From contig JBFFML010000002.1 in the NCBI GenBank assembly GCA_041554135.1, positions 22,212 through 86,211 on the forward strand: a DNA stretch of 64,000 nucleotides, in the 5' to 3' direction. This document shows, piece after piece, positions 8,072-18,420 of the stretch (positions within the stretch are counted from its first letter, which is position 1; each line of letters opens with the position of its first letter). The notes below the pieces were generated by a model. It did no database searches and was not told the origin of the DNA. It saw nothing but the letters and a program-made list of their open reading frames with translations. The position numbers were made by a program, and so were the translations under genes. The stretch comes from Thermoplasmata archaeon. Lineage in GTDB: Archaea > Thermoplasmatota > Thermoplasmata > UBA10834.

Positions 8072-8608
8072 TCAGACCCATATGGCGTGGCGTTTGCGCA
8101 TCGATCCCTCAGTCTGCCCAAGTTTGTCCATTAGCTGAGCGATTATGCCATCGAGGTAGATTAGCGTGGCGTCCTCGAAGAGCGTTCCGAGAGGGGCCAA
8201 GATCCCACGTTTCTCATCCTTGCCAGGCTTGATGTGGATGACAAGGTTCGACGCGTTCGCGAGCTTCGAGTGGACGTTCGCCGTCACGCTGACTACACGG
8301 GCGCCGACCCTTCGCACGATGTTCGCCGTCTGTATGCACGACATCGTGTTTCCTGTCTGCGAGACAATGATCACGAGATGTCCCTCCTCCACTATGGGCG
8401 TGATCGTCTCTCCGACGAAGTAGACTTCGAGTCCCATCTGGACGAGCCTGATGGCGAAAGCCTTGGCAATCAGGCCGGAGCGGCCGACGCCGTATATGAA
8501 TATCCTAGGAGACTTTATCAACATCTCCACGAACTGGTCGGTGCCCTCCACGTCGCCTTGCAGAGTCTCTCGTATGTTGTCTATTATGTAGTTCGTGCTT
8601 CGCCTCAT
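8072..8608 (-). CDS. hxlB: 6-phospho-3-hexuloisomerase (SIS domain)
   Basis: IFIYGVGRSGL, VGETITP and APLGTLFE motifs. Confidence 0.85.
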   Translation of the reverse strand: MRRSTNYIIDNIRETLQGDVEGTDQFVEMLIKSPRIFIYGVGRSGLIAKAFAIRLVQMGLEVYFVGETITPIVEEGHLVIIVSQTGNTMSCIQTANIVRRVGARVVSVTANVHSKLANASNLVIHIKPGKDEKRGILAPLGTLFEDATLIYLDGIIAQLMDKLGQTEGSMRKRHAIWV

Positions 8609-9648
8609 TTGGACCCCGCTTTGTCCTTCTTCGAGTTGTCCTTCATCTCCTTCGAGACCTTCTTGGTCAAGACTCTCTCCAGTATGACTTTCATGTACAT
8701 CGCGTCGTGCTCCAGAAGTGGGGAGCTGGATATCACGGTTATAGGCTTGTTCCTCTCGACCAGGCTTTCCGCCAACGGCTCGAACCGGAGGTCGCCCTTC
8801 TTGATCGAGGTGAAGCGTTTCTCGTTGCCTCCTTCGTGTTCCACACCAGAGAAGTGTGCGTAGAGCTCACCCCTCGAGCATTCGTCGACGGCGTCCAGCA
8901 GCTTGTCGAAGTCCTTGGGCTCTCGGAGCGAACCCGTCTCCCTCGAGTGATAGTGCGCGAAGTTCACGACCGGCACGAGTTCCTTCGACGCCTTGCACAG
9001 CCTGGTCACTTCGCTGAGCGAGCCAAAGACTTCCTGCCTGCCGCTGAGTTCCAACCCGATTGCCGCCTTGAGGTTATGCTTCCTGTACCACTTGGCCAGT
9101 TCCTGAAGCCTCTCCTTGGCCTTCTTGAAGGCGGTTCTATCCGTGATCTCGCCGTAGAGCCCTATGTGTGTGACGACCACCTTGGCGCCAAGCTCGTTGG
9201 CCATCAGGCCGGCCCATCTGATGGAGTCCATGCTCTTGAAGCACAGCTCCCCATCGCCTATGATGTCCATGTAGTATGGCGTGTGTATCGCTAGCTGGAC
9301 GTCCAGCTCGTCCGCCATGACTCTCAACTGCTGCAGTTCCGAGTAGCTTCTCGATATGCCGCTTGACAGCACCACAAGCGTGTCGCCGTTCTTGATCGGC
9401 TCGTCGAGATTCGAAATGGTCTCCTCTTTCAATCCCTTCTTGCGAATGATCTCGATCACGAGATCCGTTTGCAGTTCTCTGGGAGTGCGGCCGAACTCCT
9501 CCGGCTCGGCGCCCCTCTCATTGACGTTCGCCCTCACGAGCTGGGCTTCCATGGCTGTCAGGCCTAGGTTGTGAACATCCTCGATTCCATCTCTGAGGGT
9601 CCTGCCTTTGCACGACAGAGGTATGCCTGCTGGTCCAAAACGTATCAT
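8605..9648 (-). CDS. Endonuclease IV-like TIM-barrel protein
   Basis: MIRFGPAGIP start, HTPYY, GLELSGR...FGS, NFAH.HSR and HFSGVE motifs; start reset to ATG 9648. Confidence 0.75.
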   Translation of the reverse strand: MIRFGPAGIPLSCKGRTLRDGIEDVHNLGLTAMEAQLVRANVNERGAEPEEFGRTPRELQTDLVIEIIRKKGLKEETISNLDEPIKNGDTLVVLSSGISRSYSELQQLRVMADELDVQLAIHTPYYMDIIGDGELCFKSMDSIRWAGLMANELGAKVVVTHIGLYGEITDRTAFKKAKERLQELAKWYRKHNLKAAIGLELSGRQEVFGSLSEVTRLCKASKELVPVVNFAHYHSRETGSLREPKDFDKLLDAVDECSRGELYAHFSGVEHEGGNEKRFTSIKKGDLRFEPLAESLVERNKPITVISSSPLLEHDAMYMKVILERVLTKKVSKEMKDNSKKDKAGSK

Positions 9649-9885
9649 TTTTCCCCGCGACTCCTCTGGCTGACTGGGTTTTCGTGTATCGCTTATGCCG
9701 TATATATCTTCTGTTGACTCGTCGGGCGGTCCTGAGTAGGCCTGAGAGCGTTCAATTCGAGTCGTTTGACGACTCTCCACGGAAGCGTGCAAACGGAGTG
9801 CTGGCCTGGCGGCTGGGTATATCCAAAGCTTTATAAACGGAACGCACATTAAGTCGCCTGCTCTCCGATGTCGGAGGAGTCAGAA

Positions 9886-10251
9886 ATGGGAAAAAACAAG
9901 AGAAAGACGAATCCCCACCTCTTGACCCTGATCCAGCATTTGAAGGATGCTGGTAGGTCCAACGAGGCACCTGTCTGGCGAGACATCGCATTGAGGCTCG
10001 AAGGCCCGGCATGCAACTGGGCCGAGGTCAATGTGGGTAAGCTTGACAGATGTGCCAACGATGACGACGTCATCGTGGTCCCGGGCAAGCTGCTGGGAGC
10101 TGGCGAATTGAAGAAGAAGGTTACTGTTGCGGCATTCAGGTCTTCTGGTCAGGCGAAACAGAAGGTCGAGCGTGCGGGCGGCAAGAGCGTGTCGATCGAG
10201 GAGCTCGTTGAGGAACATCCGAAGGGCTCCAAGGTCAGGATCATGGGGTGA
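9886..10251 (+). CDS. rpl18e: 50S ribosomal protein L18e
   Basis: KTNP.L..LI..LK, VVPGKLLGAG, AAFRSS motifs; GGAGG RBS. Confidence 0.96.
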   Translation: MGKNKRKTNPHLLTLIQHLKDAGRSNEAPVWRDIALRLEGPACNWAEVNVGKLDRCANDDDVIVVPGKLLGAGELKKKVTVAAFRSSGQAKQKVERAGGKSVSIEELVEEHPKGSKVRIMG

Positions 10252-10255
10252 CCTA

Positions 10256-10669
10256 ATGGCAGTCATCGACGCACAGGAGCAGATCCTGGGCAGGCTCTGC
10301 ACACACGTTGCCAAACGCCTGTTGAACGGTGAGGAGATAACCATAGTGAACGCCGAGATGGCGAGGGTATCCGGGAGCAAGTCCCAGGTCCTCGAACACT
10401 ACAGACGCAGGAGGGCCAGAGGGAAGAACTTCAGCGGTCCGAAGTATCCGAGATCTCCTGACATGATACTGAGGCGGTCGGTCAGGGGCATGCTCGACTA
10501 CAGAAAGCCGTCCGGAAAGGAAGCATACAAGCGATTGAAGGTGTATGTCGGAGTCCCGTTGGAGCTGAAGGACATAAGCACGGAGAGCCCCGAATCATCC
10601 AAGAAGTCGATAGCCAGGTCCGTGTATCTCGGGGATATCTCGAGGGAGCTCGGGTCAGGGAGGGTGTGA
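10256..10669 (+). CDS. rpl13: 50S ribosomal protein L13
   Basis: VIDA...ILGRL...VAK.LL.GE, GPKYPRSPD..LRR.VRGML. Confidence 0.96.
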   Translation: MAVIDAQEQILGRLCTHVAKRLLNGEEITIVNAEMARVSGSKSQVLEHYRRRRARGKNFSGPKYPRSPDMILRRSVRGMLDYRKPSGKEAYKRLKVYVGVPLELKDISTESPESSKKSIARSVYLGDISRELGSGRV

Positions 10670-10673
10670 TTGT

Positions 10674-11072
10674 ATGAAGGTTGTCGTTGTGAGCGGCAAA
10701 CGCAAGAGCGCGGTTGCCCGCGCGACCGTTAGGAAGGGACGCGGCCTCGTGCGCGTGAACAGCGTCCCAATCGAGATCTATGAGCCCTACCTGGCCAGGG
10801 TCAAGATAATGGAGCCCCTGACGCTGGCCGGGGATAAGGCGTCTAAGGTCGACATCGATATCAACGTCCAAGGCGGGGGATATATGGGACAGGCAGCCGC
10901 GTCGAGAACCGCCATAGCGAAGGGCTTGGTACAGTTCCTAGGCGATGAGAAACTCCACGAGATGTACACCAAGTACGACAGGTCGCTTCTCGTGTCGGAT
11001 CCGAGGAGGAAGCTCCCGAAGAAGCCTCTCGGGAGAGGCGCAAGGAAGAAGCGTCAGAAGTCATACAGGTGA
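10674..11072 (+). CDS. rps9: 30S ribosomal protein S9
   Basis: [11 protein letters not shown]; C-terminal [11 protein letters not shown]. Confidence 0.97.
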   Translation: MKVVVVSGKRKSAVARATVRKGRGLVRVNSVPIEIYEPYLARVKIMEPLTLAGDKASKVDIDINVQGGGYMGQAAASRTAIAKGLVQFLGDEKLHEMYTKYDRSLLVSDPRRKLPKKPLGRGARKKRQKSYR

Positions 11073-11077
11073 GAATC

Positions 11078-11266
11078 GTGATAATTCCAGTTCGATGCTT
11101 CACCTGCGGCAAGGTGATAGGAAGCGCTTTCGAGGAGTTCGTGAGAAGGACACAGATGGGCGAGTCTCCCAAGGAGGTATTGGATGCGCTTCATGTCGAC
11201 AGGTACTGCTGCAGAAGGATGATACTGACGCACGCTGATCTGATCGACGAGATCGCGCCCTATTGA
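11078..11266 (+). CDS. rpoN: RNA polymerase subunit N (Rpo10)
   Basis: [13 protein letters not shown] and RYCCRRM motifs; GTG start after AGGTGA. Confidence 0.96.
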   Translation: MIIPVRCFTCGKVIGSAFEEFVRRTQMGESPKEVLDALHVDRYCCRRMILTHADLIDEIAPY

Positions 11267-11292
11267 GTGCACCGTCACTCATCTCTCCAACC

Positions 11293-11365
11293 GGGCCCGT
11301 GGGGTAGCTTGGAATCCTTCCAGCTTGGGGTGCTGGTAACCTGCGTTCAAATCGCAGCGGGCCCA
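11293..11365 (+). tRNA. tRNA-Pro(GGG)
   Basis: Acceptor GGGCCCG/CGGGCCC, anticodon arm CCAGC-TTGGGGT-GCTGG, T arm CTGCG-TTCAAAT-CGCAG; CCA not encoded. Confidence 0.95.
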
Positions 11366-11445
11366 CTTGGGCGTTTTCGCGACTCGTGGTGAGCGACCGC
11401 CAGTCGTTCGATTGGAGGCGTAGCCATTGCCGACTGAGCGCGGGT

Positions 11446-12300
11446 TCACCTCTCAGTCTTCGCGCGGATCTCCCAGGCGATCCTCAACGCTTGAACGGTC
11501 TCACTGACGTCATGCGCCCTCACTATATTCGCAGAATTCATAGCGGCGATCGCGGCTGCGGCCAGAGAGCCACCGAGCCTTTCACTTGTATTCCCGGTCC
11601 CGCTGAGAGCGCCGATGAAGGACTTCCTTGACACCCCTATGACTATGGGCTTCCCGAGAGACCCGAATTCCGCCAGCCTGGCGATGATCTCGATGTTGTG
11701 GTCTACAGTCTTGCCGAAGCCTATGCCGGGATCGATCATTATCCTGCGGGAATCGACACCGTCTCTCTCCGCTTCCGCCACTCTGTCACCGAGGTATCCG
11801 ATGATGTCCACCACGACGTCCGCGTATCGAGGAGACGCTTGCATGGTGCGAGGATCTCCCTGCATGTGCATGATCACAACAGACGCTCCGTGCCTGGCGA
11901 TGATCTCCCTCATGCGTTCGTCCCGAAGGCCTGACACATCGTTCACGATGGACGCACCCGCTTCGAGCGCGGCCTCCGCCACTTCTGGCTTCGTCGTGTC
12001 GATGGATATCTGACCCGGGTACGACTCTGCTAGTCTGCGGACGACCTCCACGGTTCGCCTGAGTTCCTCCCCCACGGACACGATCTCGGCACCAGGCCTG
12101 GTGGATTCCCCGCCGATGTCCAAGAGCGTCGCCCCCGATGCAATCATGTCGACGCCCCTCCGGAACGCCTCCTCCACGTTCAGATGCAATCCATCTCCGG
12201 AGAATGAGTCGGGCGTGACGTTGATCGCACCCATGACGATCGGCGGCCCGAATACGATGTCCCTGGCGCCGATTCTGACTGTGGAAGCCTTCTCGCTCAA
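11446..12300 (-). CDS. folP: Dihydropteroate synthase
   Basis: INVTPDSFSGDG, DIGGESTRPG, DPGIGFGK, SRKSFIG and RAHDV motifs. Confidence 0.95.
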   Translation of the reverse strand: MSEKASTVRIGARDIVFGPPIVMGAINVTPDSFSGDGLHLNVEEAFRRGVDMIASGATLLDIGGESTRPGAEIVSVGEELRRTVEVVRRLAESYPGQISIDTTKPEVAEAALEAGASIVNDVSGLRDERMREIIARHGASVVIMHMQGDPRTMQASPRYADVVVDIIGYLGDRVAEAERDGVDSRRIMIDPGIGFGKTVDHNIEIIARLAEFGSLGKPIVIGVSRKSFIGALSGTGNTSERLGGSLAAAAIAAMNSANIVRAHDVSETVQALRIAWEIRAKTER

Positions 12301-12321
12301 GACATCTCACGACCTTACATA

Positions 12322-13416
12322 TCACGTGATGAGCAAATCGTCGATCAATTCCGTAATGTCCTTCACTTCTATGTCAACCTTCACAAGCTCATTCCCGAAT
12401 CTCAGGGTACCGGCACAGAACGGACACGAGGTGACCAGGATATCCGCGACCTCGGAAGCAGACAAAATCCTCCGCGAGGCGATTCTCTGAGAAGCCTTCG
12501 GGTCCGCGGCTCTCACTCCGCCGCCTCCTCCACAGCATCTAGCCTGGTCCCTGTTCTCCTTCATCTCCACGAATTCCGCCTCGGGAATGCTTTTCAGCAA
12601 CGAACGCGGCTCTTCGTAGATCTTCATGTGTCTGCCGATGTGGCAAGGGTCGTGGTATGTCACTCTCTTACGGAGCGGTCTCAGCTTGAGGTTCTGTCTG
12701 GCAAGGTACTGGACTACATGCTCCACCTCGAAGTCATATTCGAAGTGCTTAACGTACTCCTCCTTGAACATGTGCAGACATCCCGCGCAAGTGAAGAGCA
12801 GTCGTTTGATCCCGAGCCGCTTAACGGCATCCAGATTCGCCCTCATCAGCTCGAGAATCTCCTTCTTACCCTGACCTATCCTGTGGAGGGTACTTCCGCA
12901 GCACACCTCGTCGACGAGGGTGAAATCTACACCGAGCTTGTTCAGGATAGATATGGTGTGAGTGGCGACCTCCGTTGTGCGGTACCTCGAAGTGCATCCG
13001 ATGAAATAGCCTATCTCCGCCTCCTTGACGGGAACGTCGAAATCCGTCGTCTTCGTCTCGCCATATGGGTTCCCTGTCCGTTCTATGTTGTCCACGATCT
13101 TGGTGTGCGCGGGCAGCATGTGTCCCGCCTCGACGAGATCCCTTCTGACGGCCTTGACGATCTCTATCACTTTTATGTCCGAAGGACATCTTCTCTCGCA
13201 GTCCTTGCATGTCGTGCACTGGTAGATCCTCTTGACAACGGAATCGTCAGGTTCAATTTCCCCTCTCGCCAACCCATAGGCGAGTATGACCTTGCCTCTG
13301 GCGACTGACGGGTCCCATTGGTCATCCTCGAAGTATGGACAGACACTCTTGCAGAAGCCGCAGAACGTGCATGTCAGCATCTCCTTCTCCAGTTTCTTGG
13401 TTCTGTCGGCCTTCAT
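12322..13416 (-). CDS. Fe-S oxidoreductase (HdrD/GlpC/GlcF-like, two CCG domains)
   Basis: Two ferredoxin motifs (CTFCGFCKSVCP, CTTCKDCERRCP), CCG repeats, YHDPCHIGR. Confidence 0.88.
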   Translation of the reverse strand: MKADRTKKLEKEMLTCTFCGFCKSVCPYFEDDQWDPSVARGKVILAYGLARGEIEPDDSVVKRIYQCTTCKDCERRCPSDIKVIEIVKAVRRDLVEAGHMLPAHTKIVDNIERTGNPYGETKTTDFDVPVKEAEIGYFIGCTSRYRTTEVATHTISILNKLGVDFTLVDEVCCGSTLHRIGQGKKEILELMRANLDAVKRLGIKRLLFTCAGCLHMFKEEYVKHFEYDFEVEHVVQYLARQNLKLRPLRKRVTYHDPCHIGRHMKIYEEPRSLLKSIPEAEFVEMKENRDQARCCGGGGGVRAADPKASQRIASRRILSASEVADILVTSCPFCAGTLRFGNELVKVDIEVKDITELIDDLLIT

Positions 13417-13460
13417 TGCGCATCCCCTTGGATCATGGTATGGATTCAAGTGCCAGCGAG

Positions 13461-14708
13461 TCAGTCCGTCTGGATTTTCGGGACTGTAATCACAGCGTCC
13501 ATAATAAAGGTCACCTTGGCCTGTCCGCCCATCGCCTCGATGGCTGAGTCGAGTGCTCGCTGTACATTCGGCATCGGGACCAGATGGGCCTTCTTGGCCG
13601 TCTCTGGATCGAGCTGAGTCACGGCATACATCGTCTTGTCAAGGCCGATTTCAGCCATCTTGGCAGCTTTGTGGTAACCGAGTTTGTACCCTTCGGCAAT
13701 CTTGTCGAGCGCGTCTCTCGATGTCGGGGAGCTCCCCAGCAGTTTCAGGAATGTGTCGGGTCCGACCCCCGTTCTGCAAGCGCTAACGAGTATCAGTATG
13801 CCCCCCTTCTTCACGGCGTACTTGGCGTTGTCAAGGGCTTTCTGTGATTGATACAGGTCGATGTCATGCGGGAACGAAGTCACGGCGACGACGATTTCGG
13901 CCGTGTCTTTTAGTTGGACGACGAATACCTTGTTCGCCCTCTCGACCGCGGCTTCGAAGGTCGCAGCCATTCCGCCAGCGAAAGCGGCGCAGGTCTTATG
14001 GTCTTTGTCCAGGACGGTCATTATCGAGAATACCTTCCTGTCCGCGATGAATTCCATCGCTTCCATCATGTCATCATGAACTGGATTTCCTTCGAGATTC
14101 AGAGCCTGCGCCTCAATCTTCAGTGCCAGCTTGTGGTTCTGCTCGATGGTCTCATACGCCGAGACCCCGGGGATAAACGCCTTCCTCCCGCCGGTGTATC
14201 CCGCGAAGTAGTGTGGCTCCACGCTTCCAATGACGATTATTCGGTCGGCGCCCATGACCATGGCGTTCATTCTGACTTCCACGCCCCTGCTGGTCGTTCC
14301 AAGGTGCAGCATCTCGCTCTTTTTGGAGTCGTGGGCACAGACGGCAGACGATATGCTGTCGTAGATGTCGCCGAATATGAACCTGTATTCCTCTTCGGTA
14401 GGGGCTCGGTGCATGCCGGTCGCGACGATATATCTGACGTCCATGTTTTCCAAGCTCGGGCGTATCGCCTCGAGCACTCTCGCCGTGGGTGTGGGCCTCG
14501 TGGCGTCGTTTACAATGACCAGGACGCTGCTCGCGCCTTCCAGGAATTCTGACAACCCCGTGGGTCCAAGAGGATTCGCCAACGCATCGGTCAGGACCTC
14601 GAATTCATCAGTGTGAGGGCTCTCGTTCGGGTGGACGATCTCTCCGACGTTCTGGTCAGGAATCTCCACGGTCTCCCGTCCTTCGCCGTATGGAATCTCT
14701 ATGCGCAT
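13461..14708 (-). CDS. larA: Lactate racemase family (nickel-pincer) protein
   Basis: IVNDATRPTP, VATGMHR, HD and EPHYFAGYTGGRK motifs. Confidence 0.88.
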   Translation of the reverse strand: MRIEIPYGEGRETVEIPDQNVGEIVHPNESPHTDEFEVLTDALANPLGPTGLSEFLEGASSVLVIVNDATRPTPTARVLEAIRPSLENMDVRYIVATGMHRAPTEEEYRFIFGDIYDSISSAVCAHDSKKSEMLHLGTTSRGVEVRMNAMVMGADRIIVIGSVEPHYFAGYTGGRKAFIPGVSAYETIEQNHKLALKIEAQALNLEGNPVHDDMMEAMEFIADRKVFSIMTVLDKDHKTCAAFAGGMAATFEAAVERANKVFVVQLKDTAEIVVAVTSFPHDIDLYQSQKALDNAKYAVKKGGILILVSACRTGVGPDTFLKLLGSSPTSRDALDKIAEGYKLGYHKAAKMAEIGLDKTMYAVTQLDPETAKKAHLVPMPNVQRALDSAIEAMGGQAKVTFIMDAVITVPKIQTD

Positions 14709-14831
14709 ATTGGGCTACCAGGCAGAGATAATGCTTCGTCTATTAGTACGTTAAGGCGTGTCACGGTCGCGACCTCCACCACAAATGTTGCCCGAAAAGA
14801 CTTAATTACGACATAGGGGCCTGTTCTGTAT

Positions 14832-15809
14832 GTGAAAACCCTAGGCACCTTGGGTGAGCGAGAGGCGATCAGGCTTATTGACCAAATGGTACACTCCGAT
14901 GCAGAGGTCGGCATTGGCGACGACTGCGCCGCCATCGACATCGGCGACAGGTATCTGCTTGTGACAACAGACATGATGGCGACCAAGACGCACATACCGA
15001 AGGGCATGGGGCCCTTCGACATCGGCTGGTCCCTCGTCGCCGTGAACCTCAGCGACATCGCTGCCATGGGTGGAACTCCCATCGGCGTCGTCACGGCCAT
15101 AGGCATTACGCGCGGCCATCCCGTGGACTACCTCGAGTCGATCGTCGATGGAATGAACGAGTGCGCCAAACGCTTCGGGACTTCCATCGTCGGGGGCGAT
15201 ACCAAAGAGCACGAATCGCTTACGCTGTGTGGCACAGCTGTAGGTGAGGTGGCCAAAGATCGTATCATCCTGAGAAAGGGCGCCAAGCCCGGAGATCTCG
15301 TGGTCGTGTCAGGCGAGCTCGGCCTTGCGGGGGCAGGTTATTACTCCATGAAACGCAACCTCGGCCTGACCAACGGCGAGGATGCTCTCAAGAGGCCCAA
15401 TCCGCGGCTTAAGGAAGCAGCGGCACTGGGCGCCTCGGGTTTCGTCACATCCGGCATGGACATCTCAGACGGCCTTTCATCCTCCATATTCGAGCTTTCT
15501 CGGAATTCGGGTATGACTTATGAGATAGACTACTCGCGCTTGCCGAAGGCGAAGGAGGTCGAGATGGCCTTTCACGATGTAGAGAGGCAGAAATCGCTCG
15601 TCCTGAATTTCGGAGACGATTTCGAGTTGCTGTTCACGATTAACCGTGAGGCGGAGAACGAGCTGAGGGGCCTGGCCACAGAGGTAGGCACTCCTTTCAC
15701 GGTCATAGGCAAGGTGACCAGCGGGGAAGAGAACATACTCATCGACAATGACAAGAGAGAGAAGCTGGAGAACCTCGGATATGAGCATTTCCGATCGCGA
15801 CAGTCATGA
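14832..15809 (+). CDS. thiL: Thiamine-monophosphate kinase
   Basis: GIGDDCA, VNLSDIAAMGG.P, GGDT and MDISDGL motifs. Confidence 0.95.
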   Translation: MKTLGTLGEREAIRLIDQMVHSDAEVGIGDDCAAIDIGDRYLLVTTDMMATKTHIPKGMGPFDIGWSLVAVNLSDIAAMGGTPIGVVTAIGITRGHPVDYLESIVDGMNECAKRFGTSIVGGDTKEHESLTLCGTAVGEVAKDRIILRKGAKPGDLVVVSGELGLAGAGYYSMKRNLGLTNGEDALKRPNPRLKEAAALGASGFVTSGMDISDGLSSSIFELSRNSGMTYEIDYSRLPKAKEVEMAFHDVERQKSLVLNFGDDFELLFTINREAENELRGLATEVGTPFTVIGKVTSGEENILIDNDKREKLENLGYEHFRSRQS

Positions 15810-16803
15810 GGCGAAGTTCTACGAGACCGAGGGTGAGAAGGTCAGATGCCTGCTCTGCCCTCACGCTTGCCTGATATCTGACGGGAAGCGAGGCATATGC
15901 GGGGTCAGGGAGAACAGGTCTGGCAAGCTCTACTCTCTGATATACGGCCTGGCGTCGTCAATACATCCTGACCCAATCGAGAAGAAGCCGTTATTCCATT
16001 TCATGCCCGGCACGACATCCCTGTCGTTCGGTTCATTCGGCTGCAACCTCACTTGCAGGCACTGTCAGAACTACTCAATATCGAGGGCATCCGTCGATGA
16101 TGGAGGGCTAATGCCGATATCCTCGAAGGATGTCGTTCTGAGGGCGAGGGAATCAGGCGCAAGATCCGTCTCATGGACATACAACGAGCCCATAATATGG
16201 CATGAGTTCACGACCGTGGCTTCAAAGGCGGCCCACGACGCGGGTATCAAGACCAGCTACGTGACGAATGGCTTCATATCGGAAGAACCTCTGAGGGAAC
16301 TCAGAGGGACAATCGACGCCATGAACGTGGACGTGAAAGCCTTCAGAGAGGATTTCTACAAGAAGGTGTGCGGGGGGCGGCTCGCCCCTGTGCTGAAGGC
16401 CTGTGAGATAGCGACCGATCTCGGCATCCATGTGGAATTGACGTACCTCGTTATACCCGGATACAACGACTCACAGGAGGAGATCAAGGACTTCTCATAT
16501 TGGGTCGCGAACAGCATTGGCCGCGAGACGCCAGTCCATTTCTCCGCATTCCATCCAGATTACAGGTTGCGAGATGCCGAGAGAACTCCTATCACGACAA
16601 TGGGCCTCGCATTCGACTCTGCAGTCGCCGCAGGCCTAGAGTTCGTCTACATAGGCAATGTCCATGCAGGGGACAGGGAGAGCACTCACTGTCCTAAGTG
16701 TGGAGCGCTCGTGATCAAGCGGGAAGGCTTCCATGTCGAAAAGACAGCGCTCAAAGGGAACCATTGCGCGAACTGTGGTGGGTCGATGAACATCGTCACG
16801 TGA
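15781..16803 (+). CDS. amrS: AmmeMemoRadiSam-type radical SAM enzyme
   Basis: CLLCPHAC..G.CGVR, DPIEKKPLFHF, GCNLTCRHCQNY and TYNEP motifs. Confidence 0.88.
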   Translation: MSISDRDSHEAKFYETEGEKVRCLLCPHACLISDGKRGICGVRENRSGKLYSLIYGLASSIHPDPIEKKPLFHFMPGTTSLSFGSFGCNLTCRHCQNYSISRASVDDGGLMPISSKDVVLRARESGARSVSWTYNEPIIWHEFTTVASKAAHDAGIKTSYVTNGFISEEPLRELRGTIDAMNVDVKAFREDFYKKVCGGRLAPVLKACEIATDLGIHVELTYLVIPGYNDSQEEIKDFSYWVANSIGRETPVHFSAFHPDYRLRDAERTPITTMGLAFDSAVAAGLEFVYIGNVHAGDRESTHCPKCGALVIKREGFHVEKTALKGNHCANCGGSMNIVT

Positions 16804-16828
16804 TGCGATCCTGTCGAGGGAGTGGGCT

Positions 16829-17509
16829 ATGCGCCGTTCGATAAGTCTTCTCCACAACGCCTTTTTGAGGGAATATGGCGACCTCCGATGGTGGCCGGCG
16901 GAGACGCCCTTCGAGATTGCTGTAGGCGCGATACTGACTCAGAACACGTCATGGAACAACGTTGAGATGGCTATTGACGCCCTCCGCGCAGAAGGGGCAT
17001 TATCTCCCTCCGGTCTCGTGAAGATTGACGTCTCCAGGCTCGAAGCGCTGATACGTCCATCTGGCTTTTTCCGACAGAAGGCCGGATACTTGAAGGAACT
17101 GGCGACTTATGTGGAACAGCAGTGGTCGGGGAATATACTCGGGATGTCGTGCGAATCGGTTGGCGATGTCCGTGACAGGCTCATGGCCCTGAGAGGAGTG
17201 GGGCCAGAGACGGCAGACTCGATCATGTTGTACGCTCTTCGGATGCCGAGCTTTGTCGTGGACGCCTACACTCATAGACTTCTTCGTCGCACAGGCATCT
17301 ACACCGGCGGGGGCTATGACTCCGTCAAAGCGGCCTTTGAGAGGGCGTTGAGTCATGACGTCGACAGACTAGCCAACGCACACGCCATGATAGTCGTCCA
17401 CTGCAAGAAGACTTGCAGGACGAAACCGCTTTGCGACGTGTGTGTGCTGATGAGTATGTGCTCAGAGGCCGAAGAGCAGGAAGAAAGGATTGCCGATGAA
17501 AGTCGTTAG
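16829..17509 (+). CDS. Endonuclease III-related HhH-GPD glycosylase
   Basis: WWPAETPFE..VGAILTQNT.W.N, GVGPETAD (Glu at the lyase-Lys position), VVDAY, C-terminal 4-Cys cluster. Confidence 0.88.
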   Translation: MRRSISLLHNAFLREYGDLRWWPAETPFEIAVGAILTQNTSWNNVEMAIDALRAEGALSPSGLVKIDVSRLEALIRPSGFFRQKAGYLKELATYVEQQWSGNILGMSCESVGDVRDRLMALRGVGPETADSIMLYALRMPSFVVDAYTHRLLRRTGIYTGGGYDSVKAAFERALSHDVDRLANAHAMIVVHCKKTCRTKPLCDVCVLMSMCSEAEEQEERIADESR

Positions 17510-18364
17510 AATCACACTGATGGATATCGGGACAATGAATGGTATCTTCGGGGTCACCCATATCCTGGAGTGGCCATAGCTACCCAGCAGCGTAATCTCC
17601 TTCGGGAGGTCCTCCTCCATTTTGGGCCTCGTGTAAAGGACGTGCTTGCCCTCTTCGATCCGCTCCATGAGCCAGACGTGCTTGCCAGTCGCCTCGCTTC
17701 CCTCCATTCTGACGCCTAAGAGCATCTGGGGGAATCGCAAGTCTCTCCTGTACAGATTCACAGCGAGGAACACGAGCGGGGCGAAGACCACCAGAATTGC
17801 AGCGTTAACGAGTACGGAGAACGTGAACGGGACGATGGTCTGCAGCATGTCGCCATGAGCACCTATGAGGGGGAATCCGGCAATGACTGGATAGACGGGG
17901 AAGACTATGGAAAGCGCCATAAGCGCCTTTGCGTCCGCGCCGCCCCTTATGACATCCAGTATGTACATGAGCACTATCAGCATCATCATTATCGGAACGG
18001 CGAGGAGGTTCTGAAAGTATCCGTCGTCTGCCCAAGCGGCAGCGAGCGCTCCAATGGCGACGACGGCTATCGCGTACTTGATGAACGGGGCGCTTCTGGC
18101 GAGCGCTGAAGACCCTTCGGCATACCAGAAGACATCGGAGAGTATAACAAGGATCGGTATGAGGACCAGGAGGTACTCGTTTGGCGCATGGTCGACGAGT
18201 ATGCCGACCACTATCATCATGACTCCGACGGCGGAGAGAATGATCCATAGGAAGTTGGGCGCTCTTCTCGTCCTCAGATCCAGTATGGAGGCATATCCGA
18301 GAATCGCGATCGCCGCTGATAGTCGTAGCGCGACCATAGCTTCTGATGAGTCCACATCCAACAA
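17462..18364 (-). CDS. A24 prepilin/prearchaellin peptidase (FlaK/PibD-like)
   Basis: YASILDLRTR and GGADAK catalytic aspartates, multiple TMs, WVTPKIPFIVPI C-terminal motif; start uncertain. Confidence 0.85.
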   Translation of the reverse strand: MLDVDSSEAMVALRLSAAIAILGYASILDLRTRRAPNFLWIILSAVGVMMIVVGILVDHAPNEYLLVLIPILVILSDVFWYAEGSSALARSAPFIKYAIAVVAIGALAAAWADDGYFQNLLAVPIMMMLIVLMYILDVIRGGADAKALMALSIVFPVYPVIAGFPLIGAHGDMLQTIVPFTFSVLVNAAILVVFAPLVFLAVNLYRRDLRFPQMLLGVRMEGSEATGKHVWLMERIEEGKHVLYTRPKMEEDLPKEITLLGSYGHSRIWVTPKIPFIVPISISVILTTFIGNPFFLLFGL

Positions 18365-18420
18365 TCTCTGTTGCCTTACTTAAACAGTTCGAGAACGAGC
18401 GCAACCCAGACAGATGTCAG

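Noticed and set aside
9742-9781. Glycine-riboswitch-like words (GGAGAG...CTCTCAGG on minus strand) and tRNA-like TTCAATT loop
   Set aside because: The central CCGAAG element is missing and the putative T-stem does not pair; no cloverleaf.
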